Below, one piece after another: positions 31,074 to 41,555 of a DNA stretch of 64,000 nucleotides (position 1 is the stretch's first letter; each line of letters opens with the position of its first letter). Under the pieces are notes generated by a model. The model searched no databases. It saw only the letters and a program-made list of their open reading frames with translations, and was not told the DNA's origin. Source of the stretch: a bacterium (GTDB taxonomy: Bacteria; SAR324; NAC60-12); NCBI GenBank assembly GCA_965205865.1, contig CBDBHR010000030.1, forward strand, positions 992,001-1,056,000, given 5' to 3'. A program made the translations under genes and the position numbers.

Positions 31074-31493
31074 ATGTGGTTAGTTCCGATTCATTCCGGA
31101 AGAGTTACGCCGGGAATTCATTCAATGTTGGATGAATTTTTCCGGGGTTATAAGGCGGCGGAGTCGTCGTCGTTTTCTCCTCAACTGGATATCAAGGAAG
31201 ATGAGAAGGCCTACCATATTTTAGTAGAAGTTCCTGGCATCGACAAAGAAGACCTGGATGTTTCCTTGAAGGACAATGTTTTGACCGTCAAGGGAGAGAA
31301 GAAGCAAGAAACGAAAGAGGATAAGGACGGATACTGCAGGGTAGAGCGCACTTATGGTTCTTTCCTGCGTACGATCCGTTTGCCCGAAAATACCAAATGG
31401 GATCAGGTGGAAGCCCGTTTGGACAAGGGGATTTTGCAAATCATCCTTCCGAAGGCCGAGCAAGTAGAGAGGAAGCGGATCACGGTCAATTAA
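31074..31493 (+). CDS. Hsp20/alpha-crystallin small heat shock protein
   Basis: EVPGIDKEDL, ERTYGSFLRTIRLP, DKGILQIILPK; strong AGGAGG RBS. Confidence 0.95.
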   Translation: MWLVPIHSGRVTPGIHSMLDEFFRGYKAAESSSFSPQLDIKEDEKAYHILVEVPGIDKEDLDVSLKDNVLTVKGEKKQETKEDKDGYCRVERTYGSFLRTIRLPENTKWDQVEARLDKGILQIILPKAEQVERKRITVN

Positions 31494-31518
31494 TGACCTG
31501 ATGCGACTGATTTTCCGG

Positions 31519-31560
31519 AAAAAGCCGGTGGGGCCCCGAGCCTCACCGGCTTTTCTATTT
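31519..31560 (+). terminator. Intrinsic terminator after hsp20, possibly bidirectional
   Basis: AAAAGCCGGTG...CACCGGCTTTT stem with T-tract. Confidence 0.75.
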
Positions 31561-31673
31561 TGAGGCAAAGAACATTATAACATACCCTCCAACATTAAAG
31601 AGGTCCCCATGAGGATGATTGTGGCAACCGCAGTGAGAAAATTCTCAAAGGGATTTTAACAATTTTTTTCCGC

Positions 31674-32645
31674 TTACCCGTTGAAAGGGTTGATCAGCCG
31701 GGACAGGAGACCTCGTTTGCGTTTCACCTTCGTGGTGCCGTAACTTCCCTGGCCACCTCGTAATCGGGGATCGAGCAGATCGCGCATGGCATCGCCGAAC
31801 ATGTTGAGAGAGTAGACGACAATCGTCAGGCAAAGCCCTGGCCAGATCGCCAGCCGTGGCGCCACCTCCATGTACTGACGCCCTTCCCGGCTGAGCAGAC
31901 CACCCCAGCTGGGAATGTTCGGTGGCAGACCGAATCCGAGGAAGCTTAAGGAAGCCTCCGCCATAATCACCCCCCCGATGTTGATGCTGAAGATGATGAT
32001 GAGGGGCGCGATAATATTGGGCAGGACATGGCGAATGAGGATTAGGCTTGTGGGGGTACCCACGGCCTGAGCTGCCAGAAAATAGTCATTCTCTTTGATA
32101 GCGATCACGGCGCTTCTGATCACTCGGGAGCCGCTGATGCCTCCGGCGATCCCCAGCACCAGTATCATCTGTGGCAAACCCCGCCCCGCTATGGACATTA
32201 TCGTCAACAAGACGAGCAGTCCCGGGAACGCCATCCAGGCATCGACAAATCGTTGCGCAGTCAGGTCCAATTTACCCCCAACGAATCCGGAAATGCCGCC
32301 TATCAGGAGAGCGACGACCACATTAACCGTGGTCGCGGCCAGACCGACCAGTATGGAAAGACGAGCCCCGACGATCAGGCGGCTCAAGAAGTCTCGCCCC
32401 AACTGGTCGGTCCCCAGCAGATACTGGGTTGATGGGCCCTGCAGCCGGTCTTCCAGGTGCATTTTATCATAACGATAAGGAGCCAGAACATCGGCGAAGA
32501 TCGCTACAAAAATCAAGATCAAGATGATAATCCCGCCGAAGGTGCCCAGGGGTTTTTCCTTGAGAAGCCTGATGAAGAGATCCACAAACCAACCCCGTCG
32601 TTTGGGCTCACTTACTGCCGAGGGTATCTCTTGCGTGTTGTTCAT
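31674..32645 (-). CDS. ABC permease, OppC/DppC type
   Basis: Close paralogue of 2160-3131. Confidence 0.92.
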   Translation of the reverse strand: MNNTQEIPSAVSEPKRRGWFVDLFIRLLKEKPLGTFGGIIILILIFVAIFADVLAPYRYDKMHLEDRLQGPSTQYLLGTDQLGRDFLSRLIVGARLSILVGLAATTVNVVVALLIGGISGFVGGKLDLTAQRFVDAWMAFPGLLVLLTIMSIAGRGLPQMILVLGIAGGISGSRVIRSAVIAIKENDYFLAAQAVGTPTSLILIRHVLPNIIAPLIIIFSINIGGVIMAEASLSFLGFGLPPNIPSWGGLLSREGRQYMEVAPRLAIWPGLCLTIVVYSLNMFGDAMRDLLDPRLRGGQGSYGTTKVKRKRGLLSRLINPFNG

Positions 32646-32668
32646 ATCCTTGATTTTTCTATAATTCA

Positions 32669-32929
32669 GTCCTGGAGGGACGAAAGGAAGTAGCCCAGCG
32701 ATTCATCGCTGGGAAAGGTAACCCCCCCCCCTCCTCAGCTAGTCCCAGAGGGACGACACTTCTTCGATCTAGCGAGTTACTGCCAAATATAACGCTCATC
32801 AAATTCAAGATTATGCTTGCATGGGACATGAAACCTCATTGTTGTGTCGTCCCTCCGGGACTTTGAAGGAGACTGTCTTTTGTTCCCAGCGATGAATCGC
32901 TGGGCTACTTCCTTTCGTCCCTCCGGGAC
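32669..32929. mobile_element. REP-flanked IS200-like (TnpA/RAYT) remnant
   Basis: Inverted arms containing GTCCCxxxGGGAC and CCCAGCGATTCATCGCTGGG palindromes around a minus-strand fragment HNLEFDERYIWQ-stop. Confidence 0.55.
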
Positions 32930-33090
32930 TTCTTCTGACAGACGAATCTCAAACCTACATTTACCAGAAACGCACGATCCGTCTTGGCTGGGGCGTAACC
33001 GGAATGCCGATGGTGCCCATGCGTCGGACCGGGCATCCCGACCACCGGCCCTACCTAACAGGGCGGCGTTCCGCTTCAATCTAATCCCCT

Positions 33091-34056
33091 TTATTTATAC
33101 CGGATCCTGGGGTCCAAATAGGGATAAATCAGGTCGATCATCAGATTGACCGCGATCACCACGGTGGCGAAAAACAGGTTGACTCCGGAGACCACCGGGT
33201 AATCTCTGTTGGTGAGCGCAGTCAGCAGAAGACGACCGAGCCCCGGCAGGTTAAAGATGTACTCCATGATCACGGAGCCCCCGACCAGGAGAGGCAACTG
33301 CAGGCCGACCAGGGTCACGATCGGGATGAGGGCATTTTTGATGGTGTGCCGGATCACTACGACCCGCTCCCGGAGCCCCTTGGACCAGGCCGTTCGGATG
33401 TAATCCTGCCGCAACACCTCCAGCATCATCGTGCGCGTCATGCGCATGGTGGCCGCCGACATGGCCGTCCCCAGAATCAGGCTGGGAATGAAGAACACCG
33501 CGAGATTGCCCAGCGGGTCTTCGGAGAAAGGAATCAGCTCCGTCGGGGGCGACCAGCCCCACCAGATGGCCGGGAAGATAATGACCATCAGGGCCAGCCA
33601 GAAGTTGGGCGTGGCCAGGCCGATGATGGCGATGGTGCGCCCCGCGTAGTCGGCGGCCGTATCCTGGCGTATCGCCGAGTAGATGCCGACGGGCAGGGCT
33701 ATCAAGAGCGAGATTACGATTGCCAGGAGGCCCAGCTCAATGGTGACTGGCAATCTATCTAATATCTTCTTCTCGATCGCATAACCGCCCAGCAGTGATT
33801 CGCCAAGGCTGCCGTGCAGGAGAATATCTCTGATCCAGCGTCCATACTGGACGTAGACAGGCACGTCCAATCCCAGCATACGCTCAACCGCTTCACGGTC
33901 AATGTCCTCGCCGCCAGTGCCATACCATTCCATCCTACCCACTATTAAATCCACGACGTCGCCCGGGATGAAGCGCACCGAGAGAAAGACCAGGATAGTC
34001 AGGATGAACAGGGTGGGGATGAGGAGCAATACTCTTCTGATGATATAGGCTCTCAT
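33091..34056 (-). CDS. ABC permease, OppB/DppB type
   Basis: Close paralogue of 1023-1979. Confidence 0.92.
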   Translation of the reverse strand: MRAYIIRRVLLLIPTLFILTILVFLSVRFIPGDVVDLIVGRMEWYGTGGEDIDREAVERMLGLDVPVYVQYGRWIRDILLHGSLGESLLGGYAIEKKILDRLPVTIELGLLAIVISLLIALPVGIYSAIRQDTAADYAGRTIAIIGLATPNFWLALMVIIFPAIWWGWSPPTELIPFSEDPLGNLAVFFIPSLILGTAMSAATMRMTRTMMLEVLRQDYIRTAWSKGLRERVVVIRHTIKNALIPIVTLVGLQLPLLVGGSVIMEYIFNLPGLGRLLLTALTNRDYPVVSGVNLFFATVVIAVNLMIDLIYPYLDPRIRYK

Positions 34057-34119
34057 GGGAAACCCCCTCCCCTAACCCCTCCCGCCAGGGGAGGGGAAAC
34101 AAGGTTTTAACATGGCTTT

Positions 34120-36015
34120 CTAATGCCCCATTTCTTTCTTCAGGTCCTGGTCAATCCAGAGACGGGTGAAGGGGGTATTATGTTGACCGACTCCCAACCA
34201 GAGTTCACCGTTATAACCTTTGACCCACGGCTGGTGCGCGTTAAACTGTGGGGTTTCGGGACCCCATATTGTCCAGTGCCTCTCTATCCCGTACATATTC
34301 AACTCCCTGACCATCCTCTGCTGCTCCTCAACGTCGGCAGTAGCCAGGGCGGCTTCAAACAAGGCGTCATATTCCGGTTCAGCTATTCCCCGCCAATTGC
34401 CTGGAGATTTCGAGTAATACTGGCGCATTGTCTCGACAGGTATCCACCTGCCGCCCGTTGCCCAAGCCCATAAACCTTCATAAGTCCCATCGTTTCTCAT
34501 CGGGATGGCCGCTTGTGAATCCATGAGATTAATCTCTGCCTCGATGCCAATCTCACGCCAGTATGCGACGGCTAATTCCAGGTAGTTCAGGTCGAACCGA
34601 TACGTGCCGTTCAGGACGGTCTTGAATCGAATGCCGTCCGAACCGAGCGGAAACCCAGCCTCATCAAGCAGCTTCCCGGCCCCTTCCGGGTCATAGGTAT
34701 AGCCTTTCCTGACCTCTTCGGGCCACTCTGCAAATGGGGTGGTATACCCTTTGATGTCTGCCGCCAGCAGCCCGGCAGGTTCCCAGTTTCCATAACCCTT
34801 AAAGAAGGTACGGTTAATAGTCTCGAGGTCCAGTGCCATCTGCATGGCCTTGCGCACCCTGATGTCGTCAAGGGGCGGCTTATCCACCACGTTAAAAGTG
34901 AAAGCATTATCCGAGCGATACCAATACGAGTGAAACACGAGTTCGGGATTGGTCTTCTTGAGGCTCTCTACCTGGTCGATAGACCTGAGTTGAGAGTCGC
35001 CGGGGGTCCCTGCGTAATCAACCTTAGCCGAGCGTAGTGCCGCTACGAATACGGCTGGTTCCGGCATAACCGCGCCCCTCAACTGGTCAATATAGGGCAG
35101 GCGATTCTCCGGGTATTTTTCGTCAAAGCCCCAGTAGTTGGGATTCTTGTCCCAGGTGATAGAGCTGTCCTCGACGAAGTCCGTCAGCATAAAAGGCCCG
35201 GTGCCGACCAGGTTCCTCCAATCCTTAACGTCGCCGTATTGCTCGAATACCTCGGGAGGGTACATAAAAGCATTGTAGTGGTCGACAATAAAGAACAGCG
35301 CAAGGGGCTGTGGCTCTTTCAGCTTCATCACAACCGTCGAATCATCGGTGGCCGTTATCGATTCCCACTGATAAGTGTGCAGTGGTCCAAACATGGTGCT
35401 ATGTTCGGTGAAGCCGCTGCCCAGACCCATCATGCGGTGAAAGTTATATTCGACGTCCTTGGCCGTAAATGCTCTGCCATTCATGGGGGCCTTGTCATGC
35501 CAGTGAACGCCCTGGCGGATTTTGAAGACATAGGTCAGCGGGTCGGGTTGCGACCAGCTTTCCGCCAGCGCCCCTTTTAAACCACTGAGAGGGACGTAGG
35601 TGGTTTTCCAGTCAACCACGTCCCGATCTATTCCCCAGTCCGCGATGCTGAGCTTCTCCAGCACGCCACTGATGAAGTGGCTCGCCCAGCCACTAATCAA
35701 ATAGACGTCCGTATGCTCACCAACCTGCTTGCGCACATAGGTCAATGTCCCGCCATACTCCGGCGCAGTCACCATATCACCGGTGGTGGGGTCTTTGACC
35801 ATTTTCTTCTCAGCCGCGACGGCTGAACTGACCCCGAGGACGGCCACCATCAGGGTCAGGATTAAAATAATCAATAATGATTGGATTGTTCTGATTTTTC
35901 TTTTTTCCATGATTCCTCCGCTTTCGTTTTGATTTGGGTTATGATTTTTTGGACGTTCCATTACTCCTCCTTTATTAGATGCGAATTGATTTTTATTGAT
36001 TTTATCTTTCATCAT
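34120..36015 (-). CDS. Family-5 ABC solute-binding protein
   Basis: PEYGGTL, LAESWSQ, GTGPF; the true start is probably MEKRK at about 35910 (GGAGG RBS). Confidence 0.92.
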   Translation of the reverse strand: MMKDKINKNQFASNKGGVMERPKNHNPNQNESGGIMEKRKIRTIQSLLIILILTLMVAVLGVSSAVAAEKKMVKDPTTGDMVTAPEYGGTLTYVRKQVGEHTDVYLISGWASHFISGVLEKLSIADWGIDRDVVDWKTTYVPLSGLKGALAESWSQPDPLTYVFKIRQGVHWHDKAPMNGRAFTAKDVEYNFHRMMGLGSGFTEHSTMFGPLHTYQWESITATDDSTVVMKLKEPQPLALFFIVDHYNAFMYPPEVFEQYGDVKDWRNLVGTGPFMLTDFVEDSSITWDKNPNYWGFDEKYPENRLPYIDQLRGAVMPEPAVFVAALRSAKVDYAGTPGDSQLRSIDQVESLKKTNPELVFHSYWYRSDNAFTFNVVDKPPLDDIRVRKAMQMALDLETINRTFFKGYGNWEPAGLLAADIKGYTTPFAEWPEEVRKGYTYDPEGAGKLLDEAGFPLGSDGIRFKTVLNGTYRFDLNYLELAVAYWREIGIEAEINLMDSQAAIPMRNDGTYEGLWAWATGGRWIPVETMRQYYSKSPGNWRGIAEPEYDALFEAALATADVEEQQRMVRELNMYGIERHWTIWGPETPQFNAHQPWVKGYNGELWLGVGQHNTPFTRLWIDQDLKKEMGH

Positions 36016-36016
36016 T

Positions 36017-36490
36017 TCTCCTTTTTCAGAAGTGATTTTTTTTTGATTTTACGTCTCATCCTGTCTCCTTTCATAAGAAATGACCGGTAAACCGGTGCGG
36101 TTAAAAAAATATTTTGGAGAGGATCCATCGTTTTCACATCTCCTTCCCTAAAACAACAAAGCATGATCTTAGCGCAAATATTATGAAGCCTCAAGCCCCA
36201 AATGAAAAAAAATGCGGAATTCGCAAAAAAAATTAAAAATCAATAAATCTCCTTTTTCAGAAGTGATTTTTTTTTGATTTTACGTCTCATCCTGTCTCCT
36301 TTCATAATAAATGACCGGTAAACCGGTGCGGTTAAAAAAATATTTTGGAGAGGATCCATCGTTTTCACATCATCTCCTTCCCTAAAATAACAAAGCATGA
36401 TCTTAGCACTACTATATTATTATGAAGCCTCAAGCTCCAAATGAAAAAAAATGCGGGATTCGCAAAAAAAATAAAAAATCAATAAATCTG
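36017..36490. repeat. Local ~230-bp tandem duplication of the SBP upstream region
   Basis: TCTCCTTTTTCAGAAGTG...AATCAATAAATCT occurs at about 36017 and again at about 36248. Confidence 0.85.
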
Positions 36491-37142
36491 CTCAAATCCG
36501 GGGACAGTCAGAAGCCGTTCAGTTCAATAACGTTGAAAAAGATTCCCAAGGAGGATCAATCGCTTTAACGTCCTCCCACGCCTATTTTGAATCGATCGAG
36601 CGGGAACCTTCTCCTTCCTTTAAACAACAAGGCATAATTTTATCAATTCAACTACGCAACCTCAAGTCCCAAATGAAAAAAAATGCGGGATTCGCAAAAA
36701 AATTTAAAAACAACCAAATCTCAATGAAGGAGAGGATTGATTTTTTTTGAAAATGTAGGATGGTAAATGGCTGGGTTGGGGGGGATTCTCGTAAAATAGA
36801 GGCATTTTCCGGAAAATACGTCTGGAATCCTTATACTTCAACCCGAGTTGAAGCGATTCTGGAAAAGCAGCAGCTTTTTAAGATGATTTTCGCGCCCGGG
36901 GAATCCAATCATTTGAATTTGAGTGGTATTTTGATATCGGATCTCATAAAAGTCTTGTCTCCTTGACAGATGCGTCCAAGATCAAACTTGATGTTTCGGG
37001 CCAAAATCGGCATTTTGTAATCTTTGTTCAAAAGAAAATCCATTGTCATGAGGAGAAGGCAATGGCATATGCATGCGGAAAATACCGCATGGGATGCGGG
37101 TTGCATATTTCGTTCTTGTCTCTTTTCAAAATCATATCTGAA

Positions 37143-39026
37143 ATGTCGACTATTAATAAATTTCTCAGCTTCTCCAGACGTCCCACACGGGTTGTTTCGC
37201 TGGGGTCACTGAAAATTGGAGGCGCAGAGTCCATTTGCATTCAATCCATGCTCACTTCCAACACCAGCGATCTCCCTCGGGTTCTCGAGGAGATTACGAC
37301 TCTTGCTGCTGCCCGTTGCAGGTTGATTCGTATCACGGTACCCAATCAGCGCGCCGTGGAGAGTTTACCAGCCATCCGCCAGGGTATGGAAGAACGAGGA
37401 ATTGAGATTCCGTTGGTAGCCGACATTCACTTCAACCCCAAACTGGCAATCGACAGCTGTGAATTTGTCGAGAAAGTTCGCATCAATCCGGGCAATTATG
37501 CGGACCGCAAGCGCTTTGAAATCCGCGAATACAGCGAGGCTCAGTATCAAGAGGAGCTGGAGCGGATTGAAGCAAGTCTGCTACCCTTGATCGCCAATCT
37601 GAAAAAATATAGCCGCGCCGTACGGATCGGCACCAATCATGGTTCCTTGTCCGACCGGTTACTCAATCGCTATGGAGACACGCCACAGGGGATGGCTGAA
37701 TCCGCTTTGGAATTTGTCCGCATCTTCCGCAAACACCATTTCAACGACATCATCCTCTCCATGAAATCCTCCATCCCCTCGGTGATGATACAGGCATACC
37801 GACTTCTGGTGGTTCGGATGGAACAAGAAGGGATGGACTATCCCCTGCACCTTGGCGTGACCGAAGCGGGCAATGGATTGGATGCCCGCATCAAAAGTGC
37901 CATCGGTATTGGCAGCCTGCTGATGGATGGGATAGGGGACACGATCCGGGTATCCTTGACGGAACCTGCAGAAAATGAAATTCCTGCTGCTCAATCAATT
38001 TTGCAAGGGCTGACTTGTTTCCGCAAGGAATCACCGGCCTGGCAAAATATAGTTTATGAGACCCCAATTTCGATTTCAAAACGCGCCACGCAGCCTGTCG
38101 TATTTAAACAAAAAAATGATGAATGTTTCACATCCTTACAATCCTTTCAAGCAGTCACGGTGGGGGGAGAAGCGCCTTTTGCATTCCTGGGAATCAGCAG
38201 CGGCGCGATCAAGAATCAAGAGTCCGCTTTTTTTGACAAGGTTTTAAGCATGCCACCCGGCGGAAGGACCGCAACATCCGATATTCTGCTATTTGAAGCA
38301 TTGCCCTCATCTTGGCGGGAGAAAAACAGCATCGTCGAGAGGGAGATCCCGCCGGTCATTCTTATGGAAGATCAGCAAATCGGAGAAAATGATTTTTCCG
38401 GAAAACTGGGCCTGTTGAGACGACAAAACGAAGCCAAACTTCTGCTGGTGCAAGGTTTCCAGCCACTTTTAGCGGTAAGATTTTTAGTGCAGTTGTTGCA
38501 AAATTGGAGATTGGACTGGCCTGTGGGGATCATTGCGTCGGATGGGGATGATTCCCGGCGTTGGTCTGGTTTGGCGGCGCAAGTGGGAAGTTTGATCGTA
38601 GACGGGCTGGTCGATTGTCTGGTTTGTCCCACGATCAAAACCGGAAAACCCATTTTCCGGTTTTGCCAGACGTTGCTACAAGCAACCCGTGCCCGGCTTT
38701 TCAAAGCGGATTTTATTTCCTGTCCTTCTTGTGGCCGCACTTTTTTTGATTTACAAACCACGACGGATGCTATCAGAGCATGCACGCAACATCTCAAAGG
38801 GATTAAAATAGGCGTCATGGGATGCGTCGTCAATGGTCCGGGAGAAATGGCGGATGCGGATTTCGGCTACATCGGTGCGGGAGAAGGAAAAATCAACCTC
38901 TATCGGAAACAGGAATGTGTGGCGCGTAACATTCCGCAAAACCAAGCTGTTGAGCATCTGATTGAATTGATCAAAGCAGATGGGAGATGGGTCGCGCCTC
39001 CCGGGGAATTATTGAATGAGCAATGA
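37143..39026 (+). CDS. ispG: (E)-4-hydroxy-3-methylbut-2-enyl diphosphate synthase, long three-domain form
   Basis: IQSM, VADIHF, RINPGN, RIGTNHGSL, HLGVTEAG, SCPSCGRT, MGCVVNGPGE; large insertion before the Fe-S domain. Confidence 0.95.
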   Translation: MSTINKFLSFSRRPTRVVSLGSLKIGGAESICIQSMLTSNTSDLPRVLEEITTLAAARCRLIRITVPNQRAVESLPAIRQGMEERGIEIPLVADIHFNPKLAIDSCEFVEKVRINPGNYADRKRFEIREYSEAQYQEELERIEASLLPLIANLKKYSRAVRIGTNHGSLSDRLLNRYGDTPQGMAESALEFVRIFRKHHFNDIILSMKSSIPSVMIQAYRLLVVRMEQEGMDYPLHLGVTEAGNGLDARIKSAIGIGSLLMDGIGDTIRVSLTEPAENEIPAAQSILQGLTCFRKESPAWQNIVYETPISISKRATQPVVFKQKNDECFTSLQSFQAVTVGGEAPFAFLGISSGAIKNQESAFFDKVLSMPPGGRTATSDILLFEALPSSWREKNSIVEREIPPVILMEDQQIGENDFSGKLGLLRRQNEAKLLLVQGFQPLLAVRFLVQLLQNWRLDWPVGIIASDGDDSRRWSGLAAQVGSLIVDGLVDCLVCPTIKTGKPIFRFCQTLLQATRARLFKADFISCPSCGRTFFDLQTTTDAIRACTQHLKGIKIGVMGCVVNGPGEMADADFGYIGAGEGKINLYRKQECVARNIPQNQAVEHLIELIKADGRWVAPPGELLNEQ

Positions 39027-39077
39027 TCAGGTGTCGAGTATGAAAATCCTGTTTAAAACCTGCGCCCAAAAGGAAAA

Positions 39078-40265
39078 ATGTCTATTGCCGAGAATGTGAA
39101 AGCCATGATGGAGACGGCATCATGGGTTCGTGAAATGTTTGAAAAAGGCCGACGCTTGAAAGAAATTCATGGTGAAGAGCAGGTCTTTGATTTTTCCCTG
39201 GGTAATCCTGTCATCGAACCCCCTGAACGGGTTTATCAGGTCTTGAAACAATTATTGCAAGCACGCCAACCCGGAGGCCACCGTTACATGCCCAATGCGG
39301 GACTCCCGGAGACCCGCGCCTTCATCGCGCAAACCCTTTCGCAGGAGACGGGATTCCCCTTTGAAACCGGAGATATCGTCATGTGCGTCGGTGCGGGAGG
39401 GGGTTTGAACTCATTGCTGAAAGCTCTGCTCGATCCGGGAGAAGAAGTGCTGACCTTGGCACCCTATTTCGTGGAATATGGCGTCTACGCTCAAAATCAT
39501 GGCGGAGTTCTGCGGGTTGCTGAAACCAATGAAATCTTTCAGATCGATTTTCAGCAAGTCCGTGAAACCCTCACTCCGCAAACCAAAATCATGCTGGTCA
39601 ATTCCCCCAACAACCCCACTGGAGCTGTTTATTCTCAGGAGCATATGAATCAGTTGGGAAAATTGCTGGCAGAAAAGGAGCAGGAATATGGTCACGCCAT
39701 TTATCTGGTTTCTGACGACCCCTACCGGCATCTCCTTTTCGACGGTTTGAAACCCTGCGACATTTTTCAAAGTCATACCAATGCAGTACTGGTCACCTCC
39801 CATTCCAAAGATCTGGGCCTGCCGGGAGAACGCATTGGATTCGTAGCGTTACATCCGGAAATCGAGGAACGCGCCAACCTGCAAAACGCCCTGACCCTCA
39901 CCACTCGTATTCTCGGATTTGTCAACGCCCCCGCCCTCATGCAGAGAATCCTGCCCCACCTCCAAGGCGCAAAAGTTTCCGCGGATGCCTATCAGCGTTT
40001 GAGGGATGTCTTCTGTGATGGTTTGTTGAAGATGGGATTTGACCTGACCGTTCCACAGGGTACGTTCTACGTCTTTCCCAAATCTCCGATTCCCGATGAC
40101 GTTGTATTTGTCAAAGAAGCCTTGACTGAAAATATTCTACTGGTACCTGGTTCCGGCTTTGGCAGAGCGGGTTATTTCCGCATTGCTTATTGCTGCGCTG
40201 AAGAAACCATCCACCGCGCCCTCCCCCATTTTGAAAGACTGGCACGGAAATTCGGGCTTTGCTGA
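39078..40265 (+). CDS. PLP-dependent class I/II (aspartate-type) aminotransferase
   Basis: NSPNNPTG, SDDPY, SHSKDLGLPGERIG. Confidence 0.93.
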   Translation: MSIAENVKAMMETASWVREMFEKGRRLKEIHGEEQVFDFSLGNPVIEPPERVYQVLKQLLQARQPGGHRYMPNAGLPETRAFIAQTLSQETGFPFETGDIVMCVGAGGGLNSLLKALLDPGEEVLTLAPYFVEYGVYAQNHGGVLRVAETNEIFQIDFQQVRETLTPQTKIMLVNSPNNPTGAVYSQEHMNQLGKLLAEKEQEYGHAIYLVSDDPYRHLLFDGLKPCDIFQSHTNAVLVTSHSKDLGLPGERIGFVALHPEIEERANLQNALTLTTRILGFVNAPALMQRILPHLQGAKVSADAYQRLRDVFCDGLLKMGFDLTVPQGTFYVFPKSPIPDDVVFVKEALTENILLVPGSGFGRAGYFRIAYCCAEETIHRALPHFERLARKFGLC

Positions 40266-40564
40266 CATCACCCGCGATTGCTTTGCTTCTTAATTTAATT
40301 GTTCCACTTTCCCCGCTTCGTCTCAAGAGCATGGTCAAAGTTCAAGCGATTCTAAAGCACCGCTTTTCCATTGACCCAATGTCACCGGAGACACTAACGG
40401 CGTCGCCTCGTCCCTTGCCGTAGCGGTGTCGCGGCGCGGGTCGGATATGACTGGCGCCCTTGCAACGAACCGGTGGAGTGTCGGACGGCGGCAGCCGTCA
40501 CCTCAAATGAGGTACGGACGGTACTGAAAGAGGACGGTCTGCACCGTTTTGTTGGGCATTTTGA

Positions 40565-40796
40565 TTAATATGGAGGCTCAGCCGGGCCTTGATAACCACA
40601 CATACCAAGTCTGGGAGAATTGACCAGTGGTAACGGTTCACCATATTCCTGGTGTGGATGTCCATCAGCATGATTGTCACATAAGAAACCAGCCTCGTCA
40701 TGTTCTTAGAGACATTCCATACACAGCCATGAAGCAGGTTGGTCACATTCGATACAACCAGCATCTGGTAATTCATTACGAGTCATTAAAAATACG
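40565..40796 (-). pseudogene. 3' remnant of the 29266-29949 gene, cut by an IS1-family element
   Basis: Near-identical to 29266-29498; similarity stops at the IS boundary. Confidence 0.85.
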
Positions 40797-41504
40797 GGTA
40801 GTCACCCTCTTAAGTGTTGTTTCGGTACAACAGCGAAGAGGAGCGACCTGATCGTGTGTGCCTGCCGTGCCAAGTTGGCGGCCATCGCCGGAGTTTGTTG
40901 AATCCACTGGGTTTTTCCAGCTTGCCGGCTGGGTTTTCTCAGGGACTTGTGCAAGCGCACAAAGTTGTAGTAGAGGTCTTCTCATGCGGTTGAAACTGCC
41001 AGCATCCGGACTTTTTTTGAGAAAGCGAGCGATTTTCTCACAAGCCGTCCGTTAAAATGCCTCATGGTGAGGTGCTTTCTCTCGCCATAAGCGGTGTTTT
41101 CTCCGAGCAACTGCCGGACGGCCTGCTCGGCGCCAAAGACGACTTTGGCCTCAATCTCCATCAAGCGGCCCCGCTTGTCACGATGCTTGATCATTCTACA
41201 ATCGCGATTTCTTCCGGGCTCAGCCTATATAGATCGTTGGCTGTCTGCTTCTCTTTGGGAAACCCCTGCTCGTTGACCAGGCATTCAGGGCTGATAAAAC
41301 TGAAGCGACAGCGATCCTTACCATTATCATGGTAATAAACAGCGAGTGCGCCATCAAGCCCGTTTTGCCAGCAATGCGTTGACAACCAGACACCTGACGA
41401 TGCGTGTTTTCCCCGTCAAATCTTTCCGCAATCAGCTTAAGCTTGATTAGCCCGTGATGTTAGAGCATAATTTATTACTAAAGTTGCCAATTGCGTGAAC
41501 CACC
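40797..41504 (-). mobile_element. Degenerate IS1-family element
   Basis: ENTAYGERKHLTMRHFNGRLVRKSLAFSKK fragment with stops and frameshifts; ends begin GGT (GGTAGTCAC / GTGAACCACC). Confidence 0.65.
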
Positions 41505-41555
41505 TCGCAAACTCTGTTATTTTACGGACTGAAATCGAACCAATTGGAATTTGAA

